A stretch of DNA of 64,000 nucleotides from an uncultured Chloroflexia bacterium (GTDB taxonomy: Bacteria > Chloroflexota > Limnocylindria > Limnocylindrales > CSP1-4). The notes below the pieces were generated by a model. The model saw nothing but the letters and a program-made list of their open reading frames with translations, searched no databases and was not told where the DNA came from. Below are positions 42,634 to 51,176 of this stretch, in pieces. The stretch is taken from NCBI GenBank assembly GCA_963850035.1, contig CAWKJP010000012.1, forward strand, positions 25,199-89,198. Reading direction: 5' to 3'. How positions within the stretch are numbered: the first letter of the stretch is position 1; each line of letters starts with the position of its first letter. The position numbers and the translations under genes were made by a program.

Positions 42634-43716
42634 GTGAGCACCGAGATGGAGCGCCCACCCAGCATTGAGCCCAAGGCCGAGTGGCGTCACGATTCAGCGA
42701 CGGGGAGCCTTGTTCCGCGCTCGGCCCTCGATGTCCTCGTCGACCTCAACGACCGGATCTCCGCCGGTGACCTGGCGGACTACCAGCCGGTTCCTCTTGG
42801 CTTCACCCCGCTCGACAAGACCATCGGCAGCGGCATCCGGCCGGGCGAGCTCCTGCTCATCGGCGGGGCGCAGGGCACCGGCAAGACCACGATGGCCCTC
42901 CAGATGGCGCGGAACGTCGCGTCGGGCGGGCAGGCCAACGTCCTCTACATCTGCTTCGAGCACGAAGAGCACTACCTGCTCAACCGCATGATCGCGATGG
43001 AGTCGGCGCTCGCCCACCTGCCCCACAAGACGGGCGCGATCAAGATCCAGGACGTCCGTCGCGAGATCCTGGGGTCGTGGGTCGCGGAAGGGCAGGGTGG
43101 TCCCGTCCTCGCGTCGAACCCGCGCCTCCGGCCCAGCCTGGACCGGATCGGCCGCTACGGGCAGAACCTCTTCCTCATGCGCGGAACGCAGTCCGCGAGC
43201 ACGATCGACAACATCCGGCTGCTGGTCCAGAAGCACCGCGCGCTGTCGGGCGATCGCCAGCTGCTCGTGATCGTGGACTATCTCCAGAAGGTCCCGCAAT
43301 ACCCGGAGCCGGACTCGGAGACCGAGAAGGTCACCTTCGTCGTCAACGGCCTCAAGGACATCGCCCTGGCCGAGCAGGTTGGCATGATCGCGATCGTTGC
43401 GGCCGACAAGGAGGGCCTCAAGGCCTCGCGGCTGCGGAACCACCACCTGCGTGGGTCGTCGGCGATCAACTACGAGGCGGACATCATCCTGATCCTCAAC
43501 AAGAAGTACCAGATCGTCGCCAAGGTGAACATCGAGTTCAACCCGTACCAGGCGCAGCGCTTCCGCGACTGGATCATCGTCTCGGTGGAGAAGAACCGTG
43601 GCGGCCAGGACAACGTGGACGTGGAGTTCGAGAAGCACTTCGAGTTCTCCTGCTTCGACCCCAACGGTCGAACCGTGCAGGAGAAGCTGATCGAGGAGCG
43701 CCTCTACAACGACTGA
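42634..43716 (+). CDS. DnaB C-terminal (RecA-fold) helicase-domain ATPase lacking the DnaB N-terminal domain
   Basis: About 360 aa. PLGFTPLDKTIGSGIRPGELLLIGGAQGTGKTT (H1 / Walker A), YICFEHEE (H1a), LLVIVDYLQK (H2 / Walker B), VAADKEG (H3) and LRGSSAINYEADIILIL (H4) align with the DnaB motif order. Only about 55 aa precede the linker motif. The start may be GTG 42634 or ATG 42646. Confidence 0.8.
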   Translation: MSTEMERPPSIEPKAEWRHDSATGSLVPRSALDVLVDLNDRISAGDLADYQPVPLGFTPLDKTIGSGIRPGELLLIGGAQGTGKTTMALQMARNVASGGQANVLYICFEHEEHYLLNRMIAMESALAHLPHKTGAIKIQDVRREILGSWVAEGQGGPVLASNPRLRPSLDRIGRYGQNLFLMRGTQSASTIDNIRLLVQKHRALSGDRQLLVIVDYLQKVPQYPEPDSETEKVTFVVNGLKDIALAEQVGMIAIVAADKEGLKASRLRNHHLRGSSAINYEADIILILNKKYQIVAKVNIEFNPYQAQRFRDWIIVSVEKNRGGQDNVDVEFEKHFEFSCFDPNGRTVQEKLIEERLYND

Positions 43717-43732
43717 TCGCCCGGAAGGGCGA
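43717..43732 (+). terminator. small hairpin TCGCCC-GGAA-GGGCGA immediately after the stop codon
   Basis: A 6-bp stem with a GGAA tetraloop and no U-tract. Confidence 0.25.
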
Positions 43733-43887
43733 CGCCCAGGTCCCGAGCCGCCGGGGCGCGGCGACGGGGCCCGTGAGGCGCGCCCGACGTCGTGCGGCGG
43801 CTTGATGCCTGACTGCGCTCGCGTGCGCATCCGAGGTGGGTGGCTGCCAACCCTGTGATGCCCGTTGCGGACATATCGACTTCCGCG

Positions 43888-43910
43888 GATATGCCCGCGA
43901 CGGGCATATC
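43888..43910. repeat. 23-bp palindrome GATATGCCCG-cga-CGGGCATATC
   Basis: 10-bp perfect arms. A third CATATCG copy lies at 43872-43878. Confidence 0.9.
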
Positions 43911-43997
43911 GTTGGAGGGCAGGCTCCCGATCGTTGGAGGGCAGGCTCCCGATCGTCGGAGGGCAGGCTCCCGATCGTTGGCAGGGCAGGCTCCCGA
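43909..43997. repeat. four tandem 22-bp (last 23-bp) direct repeats TCGTTGGAGGGCAGGCTCCCGA
   Basis: Units at 43909-43930, 43931-43952, 43953-43974 (1 mismatch) and 43975-43997 (1 insertion). There are no spacers, and each junction forms CGATCG. Confidence 0.95.
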
Positions 43998-44012
43998 CGT
44001 TGCGCAGGGGCA

Positions 44013-44083
44013 GGGTCCGGCGGACGCTCCTCGCCGGCGCACCCGTGGGCATGGGTCCGGCGGACGCTCCTCGCGGGCGCACC
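44013..44083. repeat. two 31-nt direct repeats at a 40-nt period (GGGTCCGGCGGACGCTCCTCGCSGGCGCACC)
   Basis: 44013-44043 and 44053-44083 differ at a single position. Confidence 0.9.
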
Positions 44084-44146
44084 TCGCGGGGCACCGCCTC
44101 GCGGGCGGTCCTCGCGTGCACCCCTTCGCGGGCGCTGCCTCGCGGG
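44082..44146. repeat. five CCTCGCGGG-like motifs spaced 13-15 nt apart
   Basis: Copies begin at 44082, 44097, 44110 (CCTCGCGTG), 44123 (CCTTCGCGGG) and 44138. Confidence 0.8.
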
Positions 44147-44182
44147 ACGGTCCGCCCGGATGCGGCAGGAGTGGCGCTGTCG

Positions 44183-44188
44183 TATCGT
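44183..44188 (+). promoter_or_regulatory. -10 hexamer TATCGT, leaderless start for ppa
   Basis: The hexamer ends 6 nt before ATG 44195 and there is no SD. Confidence 0.4.
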
Positions 44189-44194
44189 CCCGCC

Positions 44195-44713
44195 ATGACC
44201 GCCCCCCATCGCGCCGACTTCCCGAACACCGTCGAGATCGTGGTCGAGATCCCCCGGGGGAGCCGCAACAAGTACGAGTTCGACGAGGAGGCCGGGGTCT
44301 TCCGCCTGGATCGGATCCTCTCGTCGGCCGTCTTCTACAACTTCGACTACGGCTTCATCGAGCAGACGCGAGCCGCCGACGGCGACCACACCGACGCCCT
44401 TCTCATCATCGACGCACCCACGTTCACCGGGTGCCACGTGTGGGGCAGGCCGATCGGCGGGCTCGAGATGAGCGACGAGAACGGCTTCGACTTCAAGGTC
44501 CTGTGCGTCGCGATCGGCGATCCGCACCAGGCCCACATCTTCCGCCTCGACCAGGTGCGACCGCACCGGCTCGTGGAGATCGAGCACTTCTTCCAGACCT
44601 ACAAGCTCCTCGAGAAGAAGGAGACCGAGGTCGTGGGCTGGCGCGACCGTGACCACGCGCTCGAGATCCTCCGGGCCGACCGCGAGACGTGGGGCCTCGA
44701 GCACCCGCGATGA
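44195..44713 (+). CDS. ppa: family I inorganic pyrophosphatase
   Basis: VEIPRGSRNKYEFD, DYGFI and DGDHTDALL signature motifs. Confidence 0.92.
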   Translation: MTAPHRADFPNTVEIVVEIPRGSRNKYEFDEEAGVFRLDRILSSAVFYNFDYGFIEQTRAADGDHTDALLIIDAPTFTGCHVWGRPIGGLEMSDENGFDFKVLCVAIGDPHQAHIFRLDQVRPHRLVEIEHFFQTYKLLEKKETEVVGWRDRDHALEILRADRETWGLEHPR

Positions 44714-45390
44714 CCCGCGGCGGTCCCGAGCGCTGGGTCCGCCCCCTCGCGCCCGGCGAGCGCCGCCTCTTCATCGCGGCCCCCCTCGGCGACGCGGCGC
44801 GCGAGGCCGTCGCGCGCCTGATGCGGGATCTCGGGGCGCCGCCCGACGGCGGCCGCGATCCGGATCCTGCGGCGCCTCCGTCCGCGCGACTGCGCTGGGT
44901 CCGATCCGCGAACCTGCACCTGACGCTGCGCTTCCTCGGCGCCACCCCTCCGGCGTCCCTGCCCGCGCTCGAGGCGGCCGTCGATCGGACGGCAGGCGCC
45001 GCACAGCCGTTCGAGGCGCGCCTTGCGGGAGCGGGAGCCTTCCCGTCGCCGGCGCGGCCGCGGGCCGTCTTCCTGCGCGTCGGGGAGGGCGCTCGCGAGC
45101 TCGGATCGCTCGCGGATCGCCTCTCGGCGGAGCTTGCCGAGGGCGGCTGGCCGCCGGCGGAGCGCCCATTCGCGGCGCACCTGACGCTCGCTCGGTCGGA
45201 CGGCGTCCCGGGCGCCTCGTCCGCGGTCGACGCGCTCAGCGCCGCCGCCGCGACGCTCGACGCAGCCTGGAGCGTGGACAGGATCGTCATCTTCGAGAGC
45301 GTGCTCGGCGGGGGCCCGGCCCGCTACGTGGCGTTGAGGACGGCACCGCTGCACGGCACTGCCTTGCGAGACCCCGGCGGCGCGTTGTAG
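44710..45390 (+). CDS. thpR: RNA 2',3'-cyclic phosphodiesterase (2H phosphoesterase, LigT/ThpR)
   Basis: Two H-x-T-x motifs (NLHLTLRF and AAHLTLAR). ATGA overlap with the ppa stop. Confidence 0.8.
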   Translation: MTRGGPERWVRPLAPGERRLFIAAPLGDAAREAVARLMRDLGAPPDGGRDPDPAAPPSARLRWVRSANLHLTLRFLGATPPASLPALEAAVDRTAGAAQPFEARLAGAGAFPSPARPRAVFLRVGEGARELGSLADRLSAELAEGGWPPAERPFAAHLTLARSDGVPGASSAVDALSAAAATLDAAWSVDRIVIFESVLGGGPARYVALRTAPLHGTALRDPGGAL

Positions 45391-45456
45391 CCTCGTGCTC
45401 CGCCCGGCGACGGGGCGTCCCGCACCCTTCATCCCGTGATCCCAGGAGATGCGCGC

Positions 45457-46821
45457 ATGTCGACCAACCGGACCAAGTTCGTGCTCGACGAGGAGCGCAT
45501 CCCGCGGGCCTGGTACAACATCGTCGCGGACCTGCCGACGCCGCCGCCCCCCGCGCTCCATCCCGGCACGATGCAGCCGCTCGGTCCGGACGACCTCGCG
45601 CCGCTCTTCCCGATGGCGCTCATCGCCCAGGAAGTGAGCACCGAGCGCGACATCGAGATCCCCGAGCCGGTCCGGGACGCCTACCGCCTGTACCGCCCGA
45701 GCCCGCTGTTCCGGGCCCACCGGCTGGAGAAGGCGCTCGATACCCCGGCCCATATCTACTACAAGTACGAGGGCCTGAGTCCGGCCGGCAGCCACAAGCC
45801 GAACACGGCGATCCCGCAGGCGTTCTACAACGCCGAGGCCGGCGTCGCGCGCCTCGCCACCGAGACCGGTGCCGGCCAGTGGGGGACGGCTCTCTCGATC
45901 GCAGGGGCGCTCTTCGGCCTCGAGGTCAAGGTCTACATGGTCCGCGCGAGCTACGACCAGAAGCCGTACCGGCGGATGCTGATGGAGACGTACGGCGCCT
46001 CGGTCGTGGCAAGCCCGTCGCTGACCACCAGCTATGGGCGGGCCGTGCTCGCGGTGACCCCCGACAATCCCGGCTCGCTCGGCATGGCGATCAGCGAGGC
46101 CGTCGAGGACGCGGCGACGCGCGACGACACGAAGTACGCGCTGGGGTCCGTCCTCAACCACGTCCTGCTCCACCAGACGGTCATCGGCCAGGAGGCGATC
46201 CTCCAGATGGAGATGGCGGGCGAGGAGCCGGATGTCGTGATCGCGTGCGCGGGCGGCGGGTCCAACTTCGGCGGGCTCGCCTTCCCGTTCGTGGGGCGGA
46301 TGCTCCGCGGCGAGGCGACGTACCGCGTCATCGCCGCGGAGCCCGCGGCAGCCCCGTCGCTGACCCGAGGCGTCTACGCCTACGATTACGGCGACACGGC
46401 GCACATGGCCCCGATCGTCAAGATGCACACGCTCGGCAGCGAGTTCATCCCTGAGGCCATCCATGCCGGCGGCCTGCGCTACCACGGTATGTCGCCGCTG
46501 GTCAGCCTCCTGCGGGACCTGGGCACGATCGAGGCCCGCGCGGTGCACCAGAACGCGACCTTCGCCGCGGGCGTCCAGTTCGCGAGGACCGAGGGGATCC
46601 TGCCGGCACCGGAGTCGAACCACGCGATCCGCGTCGCGGTCGACGAGGCCCTCAAGGCCAAGGAGGAAGGGGTCGCCCGCGTGATCCTCTTCAACCTCTC
46701 CGGGCACGGGCACTTCGACCTGACGGCCTACGAGCGCTACCTGTCGGGCGCGCTCGAGGATTTCGAGTACCCGACCGAGCGGGTGGCCCACGCGCTGGCG
46801 GCCCTGCCCGTTGTCGGCTGA
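45457..46821 (+). CDS. TrpB2-type (TrpB-like) PLP-dependent enzyme
   Basis: About 454 aa with the long N-terminal extension and the [17 protein letters not shown] (PLP-Lys) and GGGSNFGG motifs typical of the TrpB2 clade. ATG 45457 after CAGGAG. Confidence 0.82.
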   Translation: MSTNRTKFVLDEERIPRAWYNIVADLPTPPPPALHPGTMQPLGPDDLAPLFPMALIAQEVSTERDIEIPEPVRDAYRLYRPSPLFRAHRLEKALDTPAHIYYKYEGLSPAGSHKPNTAIPQAFYNAEAGVARLATETGAGQWGTALSIAGALFGLEVKVYMVRASYDQKPYRRMLMETYGASVVASPSLTTSYGRAVLAVTPDNPGSLGMAISEAVEDAATRDDTKYALGSVLNHVLLHQTVIGQEAILQMEMAGEEPDVVIACAGGGSNFGGLAFPFVGRMLRGEATYRVIAAEPAAAPSLTRGVYAYDYGDTAHMAPIVKMHTLGSEFIPEAIHAGGLRYHGMSPLVSLLRDLGTIEARAVHQNATFAAGVQFARTEGILPAPESNHAIRVAVDEALKAKEEGVARVILFNLSGHGHFDLTAYERYLSGALEDFEYPTERVAHALAALPVVG

Positions 46822-46875
46822 GCCCGGAGCGGGGCGCCGTCGTCACGGCGCCCCGACCGCGGCGGGAGCGTAGGC

Positions 46876-47118
46876 ATGCCCCGCCTCGCCTGCTGGTCGT
46901 GCGGCCGGAGCATCTATGCGACCGCGCCGCTCGCGTCGCTCTTCGCCGAGGAGCGGCGCTGCCCGCGCTGCGGCGCGCGCATGAACCAGGAGCGCCGCGA
47001 CGCCGAGCGCCGTTCGCAGGTCCGACGCGAGAACCTCCCGGCCGACCCCGGGCCACCGCCCGATGGAGAGCGCCGCGCTGAACAGCGGCGGTCCGTCGCG
47101 CGACGTCGCGGCCGGTAG
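46876..47118 (+). CDS. hypothetical zinc-ribbon protein with a basic tail
   Basis: 80 aa with CWSC...CPRC (4 Cys), then an Arg/Glu-rich tail. The coding call is tentative. Confidence 0.4.
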   Translation: MPRLACWSCGRSIYATAPLASLFAEERRCPRCGARMNQERRDAERRSQVRRENLPADPGPPPDGERRAEQRRSVARRRGR

Positions 47119-47151
47119 CGGGCGCGATCGCACCGGCGCCGGACGAACCCC

Positions 47152-48033
47152 ATGCATGTCACGTTCCTCGGGCTGGGCCTGATCGGTGGCTCCGTCGCCC
47201 TCGCGCTTCGCGAGAGCGGGGGCTGGACTGCCGCGGCCTGGAGCCCAACCGGGGCCGGACCGGCCCAGGCCCTCGCGTCGGGCGTGCTCGACGCCGCCCC
47301 GGAGACGCTGGAGGAGGCCCTGGCCGATGCCGACCTGGTCGTGCTGGCGGCGCCCCCCACGGCGTGCCTCGCGCTGCTCGACCGGCTCGCCGGCCCGGCG
47401 CGGCACGCGCTTCCACTCGACGTGGTGGTGACGGACGTCGCGAGCACGAAGGGGCTGATCGCCGAGCGCGCCCGATCCCGTGGCGTGCGCTTCGTGGGCG
47501 GCCACCCCATGGCAGGCAGGGAGACGAGCGGCTTCGGTGCGGCGAGCGCGACGCTCTTCGCCGGCCGGCCCTGGGTCGTCGTCCCGGGCGACCCCGCGGA
47601 CGGCGCCGCGATCGATCGGGTCGAGGGGCTGGCGCGCGCGGCCGGCGCGATCCCGGTCCGCATGGATGCCGCGGCGCACGACGCAGCGGTCGCGATGATC
47701 AGCCACCTGCCGATCGTCGCGGCTGCCGCGCTCGTGGAGGCCGCGGCCGGTGGGCCCGGAACGCCCCCGCTCGCCGAATGGCCGGCCGCCGCCGCCCTCG
47801 CTGCGTCCGGCTGGCGCGACGCCACGCGGCTCGTCCGGGGAGACCCGACGATGGGCGCGGGCATCGCCGCCACGAACGCGACGGCACTCGCCGCGCGGCT
47901 TCGAGCGTATCGGGAGCAGCTCGACGCGTGGCTCGCCCTGCTCGAGACGCGGGGGTCGGATGGGCTGCCCGACGAGCGGGCGATCCGCGAGCGGCTTGCC
48001 GCCGCGCGCGACCGTCTCGGCGGCCCGGGCTGA
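47152..48033 (+). CDS. tyrA: prephenate dehydrogenase
   Basis: FLGLGLIGGS Rossmann motif, DVASTK, GGHPMAG and SHLP motifs. Confidence 0.85.
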   Translation: MHVTFLGLGLIGGSVALALRESGGWTAAAWSPTGAGPAQALASGVLDAAPETLEEALADADLVVLAAPPTACLALLDRLAGPARHALPLDVVVTDVASTKGLIAERARSRGVRFVGGHPMAGRETSGFGAASATLFAGRPWVVVPGDPADGAAIDRVEGLARAAGAIPVRMDAAAHDAAVAMISHLPIVAAAALVEAAAGGPGTPPLAEWPAAAALAASGWRDATRLVRGDPTMGAGIAATNATALAARLRAYREQLDAWLALLETRGSDGLPDERAIRERLAAARDRLGGPG

Positions 48034-48034
48034 C

Positions 48035-48676
48035 GTGGGGGAGCCGCCGGCGGAGTCGGTGCTGGTGGTGCCGCGTGCCGCGCTCATGGGGACCGCGGGA
48101 TGGCGGGGCGTCCTCGTTCGTGGCGCCGAGCCATATCTCTCGGTCATCGAACGGGAGGGACGCTTCGCGCCCCGCGCGGCCGTCGAGATCGACCCGGGCT
48201 TCAAGCAGGTCATCCCGTACCTCGTGCTCCGCGACCGGGGTGCCTACTTCCTCATGCGCCGGACGCAGGCGGGAACCGACGCGCGCCTCCACGACCGGTA
48301 CTCGATCGGCGTGGGGGGCCATCTCAACCCGGGCGACGCGGACCTTGCCGGCGGCCTGGCGCGGGAGTGGGCGGAGGAGCTCGAGGCATCCTTCGTGCCC
48401 GACTTCCACCTCGTCGGCCTGCTCAACGACGACACGACGGAGGTCGGCCGCGTCCACGTGGGCGTTGTCTTCGCGTCCGAGGCGGCCGGTCGGCCGGTCG
48501 CCGTCCGCGAGCGCCACAAGCTCGAGGGCCGCTTCGCTCCGTCCGCCGACGTCCTGGCCGTCCACGAGCGGATGGAGACCTGGAGCCAGCTCGTCTTCGA
48601 CTTCGTGAGCGGCCGCGCCGCGGGCGTGCAGGGCGGGACGCCGGGCGCTGGTGACGAGGTGCTGCACCCCTCGTGA
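48035..48676 (+). CDS. NUDIX-fold protein (putative)
   Basis: GVGGHLNPGDADLAGGLAREWAEELE resembles a Nudix box (G-x5-E-x7-REwxEE). Start assigned to GTG 48035, directly after the tyrA stop. Confidence 0.5.
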   Translation: MGEPPAESVLVVPRAALMGTAGWRGVLVRGAEPYLSVIEREGRFAPRAAVEIDPGFKQVIPYLVLRDRGAYFLMRRTQAGTDARLHDRYSIGVGGHLNPGDADLAGGLAREWAEELEASFVPDFHLVGLLNDDTTEVGRVHVGVVFASEAAGRPVAVRERHKLEGRFAPSADVLAVHERMETWSQLVFDFVSGRAAGVQGGTPGAGDEVLHPS

Positions 48677-48745
48677 CCCGGGCGCCGCCTCGCCCACGAC
48701 CGGCCGCGACCCGCGGGTGCATACTGGCCCCTGAGCCCATTCCTG

Positions 48746-50098
48746 ATGCGCCGACCGATCCTCCTGGCCCGCTCCATCCCGCTCGCTGCGGGAGTCCTGA
48801 TGGTCGCGCTCGGCGCGCTCGCCGGCCCGACCCGCGCCGCGACGCCCGCGGTCGTCGTGCTCCCCACGACCGGCGATGTCGACGGCGTGATGGCGCAGTA
48901 CCTCGCCGACGGGATCGCCCGTGCCGACCGCGAGGGCGCTCCGGCGGTGATCGTCGAGCTCGACACCCCCGGCGGCAGCCTCGCCTCGATGTCGCGGATC
49001 ACGAGCACCTTCCTCGAGTCGCCGGTTCCGGTGATCGTGTGGGTCACGCCGGCCGGCGGGCGGGCCGCGAGCGCCGGGACGTTCATCACCCTCTCGGCGA
49101 ACCTTTCCTTCATGTCGCCCGGCACGAACATCGGCGCCGCCAGCCCCATCGACAGCAGCGGCGCGGACATCCCGGGAACGCTCGGCGTGAAGGTCAAGAA
49201 CAACGCGATCGCCAACATCTCGGCGATCGCACAGGCGCGCGGCCGGCCCGTGGCATGGGCCGCATCGACCGTGAGCGACGCGAAGAGCTACTCGGCCTCG
49301 GAGGCGGTCGCGGCCGGTGGCGTCGACGGGATCGCAGCCACCGAGGCTGATGTGCTCGCGGCCGCGAACGGGCGGACGGTCACCGTCGCGGGCGGGCGGC
49401 AGGTCACGCTCGCCCTCGCCGGTGCGGCGAGCGAGGTCGTGGAGCTGAGCCCGTTCCAGGCGCTCCTCCGGTTCCTCGCGGACCCGAACCTCGCGTTCAT
49501 CCTGTTCGTCGCCGGCATCCTGCTCCTCGCATTCGAGCTCGGGAACCCGAACCTGGTCACGGGGATCCTGGGCGCGCTGAGCCTTCTCTTCGCCTTCATC
49601 GGCTTCACGGACCTGCCCATCAACGTCGCCGGCCTCCTGCTGGTCGGATTCGGCCTCGCCCTCCTGGTCCTCGAGACCCACGTCACCAGCCACGGCCTCC
49701 TCGCGCTCGCGGCCGCCGCCTGCGTCGCGCTCGGGGCGGGGACCCTCTACGGCAACCCCGGCGCGCCGAGCGTCCCGGGCGTGGAGGTCGCGCTCCCGGT
49801 CATCGTCGTGATGGTTGGCCTGACGGCAGGGTTCGGCCTGCTCATCTCGTTCACCGCCTACCGGATCCGGCGGATGCGCTCGAGCCCCGTGCTCGTCGGC
49901 AGCCTCCGGGTCGCCGGCGAAGCCGCCGTGGTCTCGACCGAGATCAACCCCCTCGGCACGGTGCACGCGGTCGGCGAGGAATGGACCGCCCGCAGCGCCG
50001 ACGGACGGCCGCTCGCCCGCGGAGCTCGCGTCGAGGTCGTCCGGCAGGACGGCCTGACCCTGGTCGTTTCCCCGGTCGAGCCCAGCTCGGCCACCTGA
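48746..50098 (+). CDS. NfeD-family membrane-bound ClpP-class serine protease
   Basis: Signal peptide, ClpP-like domain (ELDTPGGSL...ASAGTFI), four or five TM segments and a C-terminal OB-fold NfeD domain (GEEWTARSADG...VEVVRQDGLTLVV). Confidence 0.85.
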   Translation: MRRPILLARSIPLAAGVLMVALGALAGPTRAATPAVVVLPTTGDVDGVMAQYLADGIARADREGAPAVIVELDTPGGSLASMSRITSTFLESPVPVIVWVTPAGGRAASAGTFITLSANLSFMSPGTNIGAASPIDSSGADIPGTLGVKVKNNAIANISAIAQARGRPVAWAASTVSDAKSYSASEAVAAGGVDGIAATEADVLAAANGRTVTVAGGRQVTLALAGAASEVVELSPFQALLRFLADPNLAFILFVAGILLLAFELGNPNLVTGILGALSLLFAFIGFTDLPINVAGLLLVGFGLALLVLETHVTSHGLLALAAAACVALGAGTLYGNPGAPSVPGVEVALPVIVVMVGLTAGFGLLISFTAYRIRRMRSSPVLVGSLRVAGEAAVVSTEINPLGTVHAVGEEWTARSADGRPLARGARVEVVRQDGLTLVVSPVEPSSAT

Positions 50099-50124
50099 CT
50101 TCGCAGCTCGAAAGGAGCGCCCGC

Positions 50125-51051
50125 GTGGAAGTCGCCGTCCTGTTCGCGATCCTGGTGGCCGTCCTCGTCCTCGTCCTGCTGCTCCTCTACCTTTCCGTCC
50201 GGGTCGTGCAGCAGTACGAGAAGATGGTGGTCTTCCGGCTGGGCAAGACGAACGAGGCGCTCGTCCGCGGACCGGGTCTCCGGTTCCTGATCCCGATCAT
50301 CGACCGGCCCGTGAAGGTCGACGTCCGCGAGCAGTTCATCGAGGTCCCGAGCCAGACGACGATCACGAAGGACAACGCGCCGATCAACGTCGACTTCCTG
50401 ATCTACTGGCGCATCAGCGACCCGCTCAAGAGCGTCGTCAACGTCGCCAACTTCAGCGGCGCACTGCAGGGCGTCGCCACCACGACGCTGCGCGCGGTCA
50501 TCGGCGACATCCTCCTCGACGAGGTCCTGTCGCGCCGGGAGCAGATCAACGAGGTGCTCCGCGTCAAGCTCGACGAGGTGACGGAGCGGTGGGGCGGGAA
50601 GGTCACGACGGTCGAGATCCGCGAGATCACGCCGCCGCGCGACGTCCAGGATGCGATGAACCGGCAGCTCTCGGCCGAGCGGACCCGGCGCGCCGTGATC
50701 ACGGAGTCGGAGGGCAAGCGCCAGTCGGAGATCAACATCGCCGAGGGGTCCAAGCAGGCCGCGATCCTCGACGCCGAGGGCCGGCGCCAGGCGCAGATCC
50801 TCGACGCCGAAGGGTTCAGCCAGGCGCTGGAGCGGATCTACTCCGCGGCGGCCGGCATCGACCAGAAGACGATGCTGCTCCAGTACCTCGAGGCGCTCAA
50901 GGCGCTCGGCGCGAGCCCCTCCACCAAGTTCGTGATTCCCACCGAGTTCACGCGGTTCCTCGAGCCGCTCGCGCTCACGCTGGGGGCAGGCCTCGCCTCG
51001 GGGGCGGAGACATCGACCCCGCCGACCCGCCCAGCCGGCGGCCCGGGCTGA
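50125..51051 (+). CDS. SPFH / band-7 (stomatin-like) protein
   Basis: N-terminal TM segment, then the SPFH core (VVQQYEKMVVFRLGK...LRAVIGD...) and a coiled coil (EGRRQAQILDAEG). GTG 50125 after AAAGGAG. Classic pairing with the upstream nfeD. Confidence 0.9.
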   Translation: MEVAVLFAILVAVLVLVLLLLYLSVRVVQQYEKMVVFRLGKTNEALVRGPGLRFLIPIIDRPVKVDVREQFIEVPSQTTITKDNAPINVDFLIYWRISDPLKSVVNVANFSGALQGVATTTLRAVIGDILLDEVLSRREQINEVLRVKLDEVTERWGGKVTTVEIREITPPRDVQDAMNRQLSAERTRRAVITESEGKRQSEINIAEGSKQAAILDAEGRRQAQILDAEGFSQALERIYSAAAGIDQKTMLLQYLEALKALGASPSTKFVIPTEFTRFLEPLALTLGAGLASGAETSTPPTRPAGGPG

Positions 51052-51093
51052 GCGCGGATCGACAACAGCGGCGTTTCCACTGCGGCGGTCGGC

Positions 51094-51099
51094 TATGAT
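51094..51099 (+). promoter_or_regulatory. candidate -10 hexamer TATGAT upstream of the second REC-ATPase gene
   Basis: GGCTATGAT, about 78 nt upstream of ATG 51177. Confidence 0.3.
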
Positions 51100-51176
51100 C
51101 GGCCGCGGGTGGGCCGCGGTCGAGCGGCCAAGGGGACGATCGCGCCTCGGCGCACACGGTGAACCAGGAAGGTCGG

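Noticed and set aside
43909-43997. Possible CRISPR array, because of regularly spaced 22-bp repeats.
   Set aside because: The repeats abut with no spacers, the units are shorter than CRISPR repeats, and there are no cas genes in the window.
38895-44200. tRNA-Met as the attachment site of an integrated element containing the DnaB-like gene and the iteron-like repeats.
   Set aside because: There is no integrase next to the tRNA, and I saw no direct repeat of the tRNA 3' end downstream. The intervening genes (ftsH and an M20 dipeptidase) are housekeeping genes with the same codon style as their neighbours.
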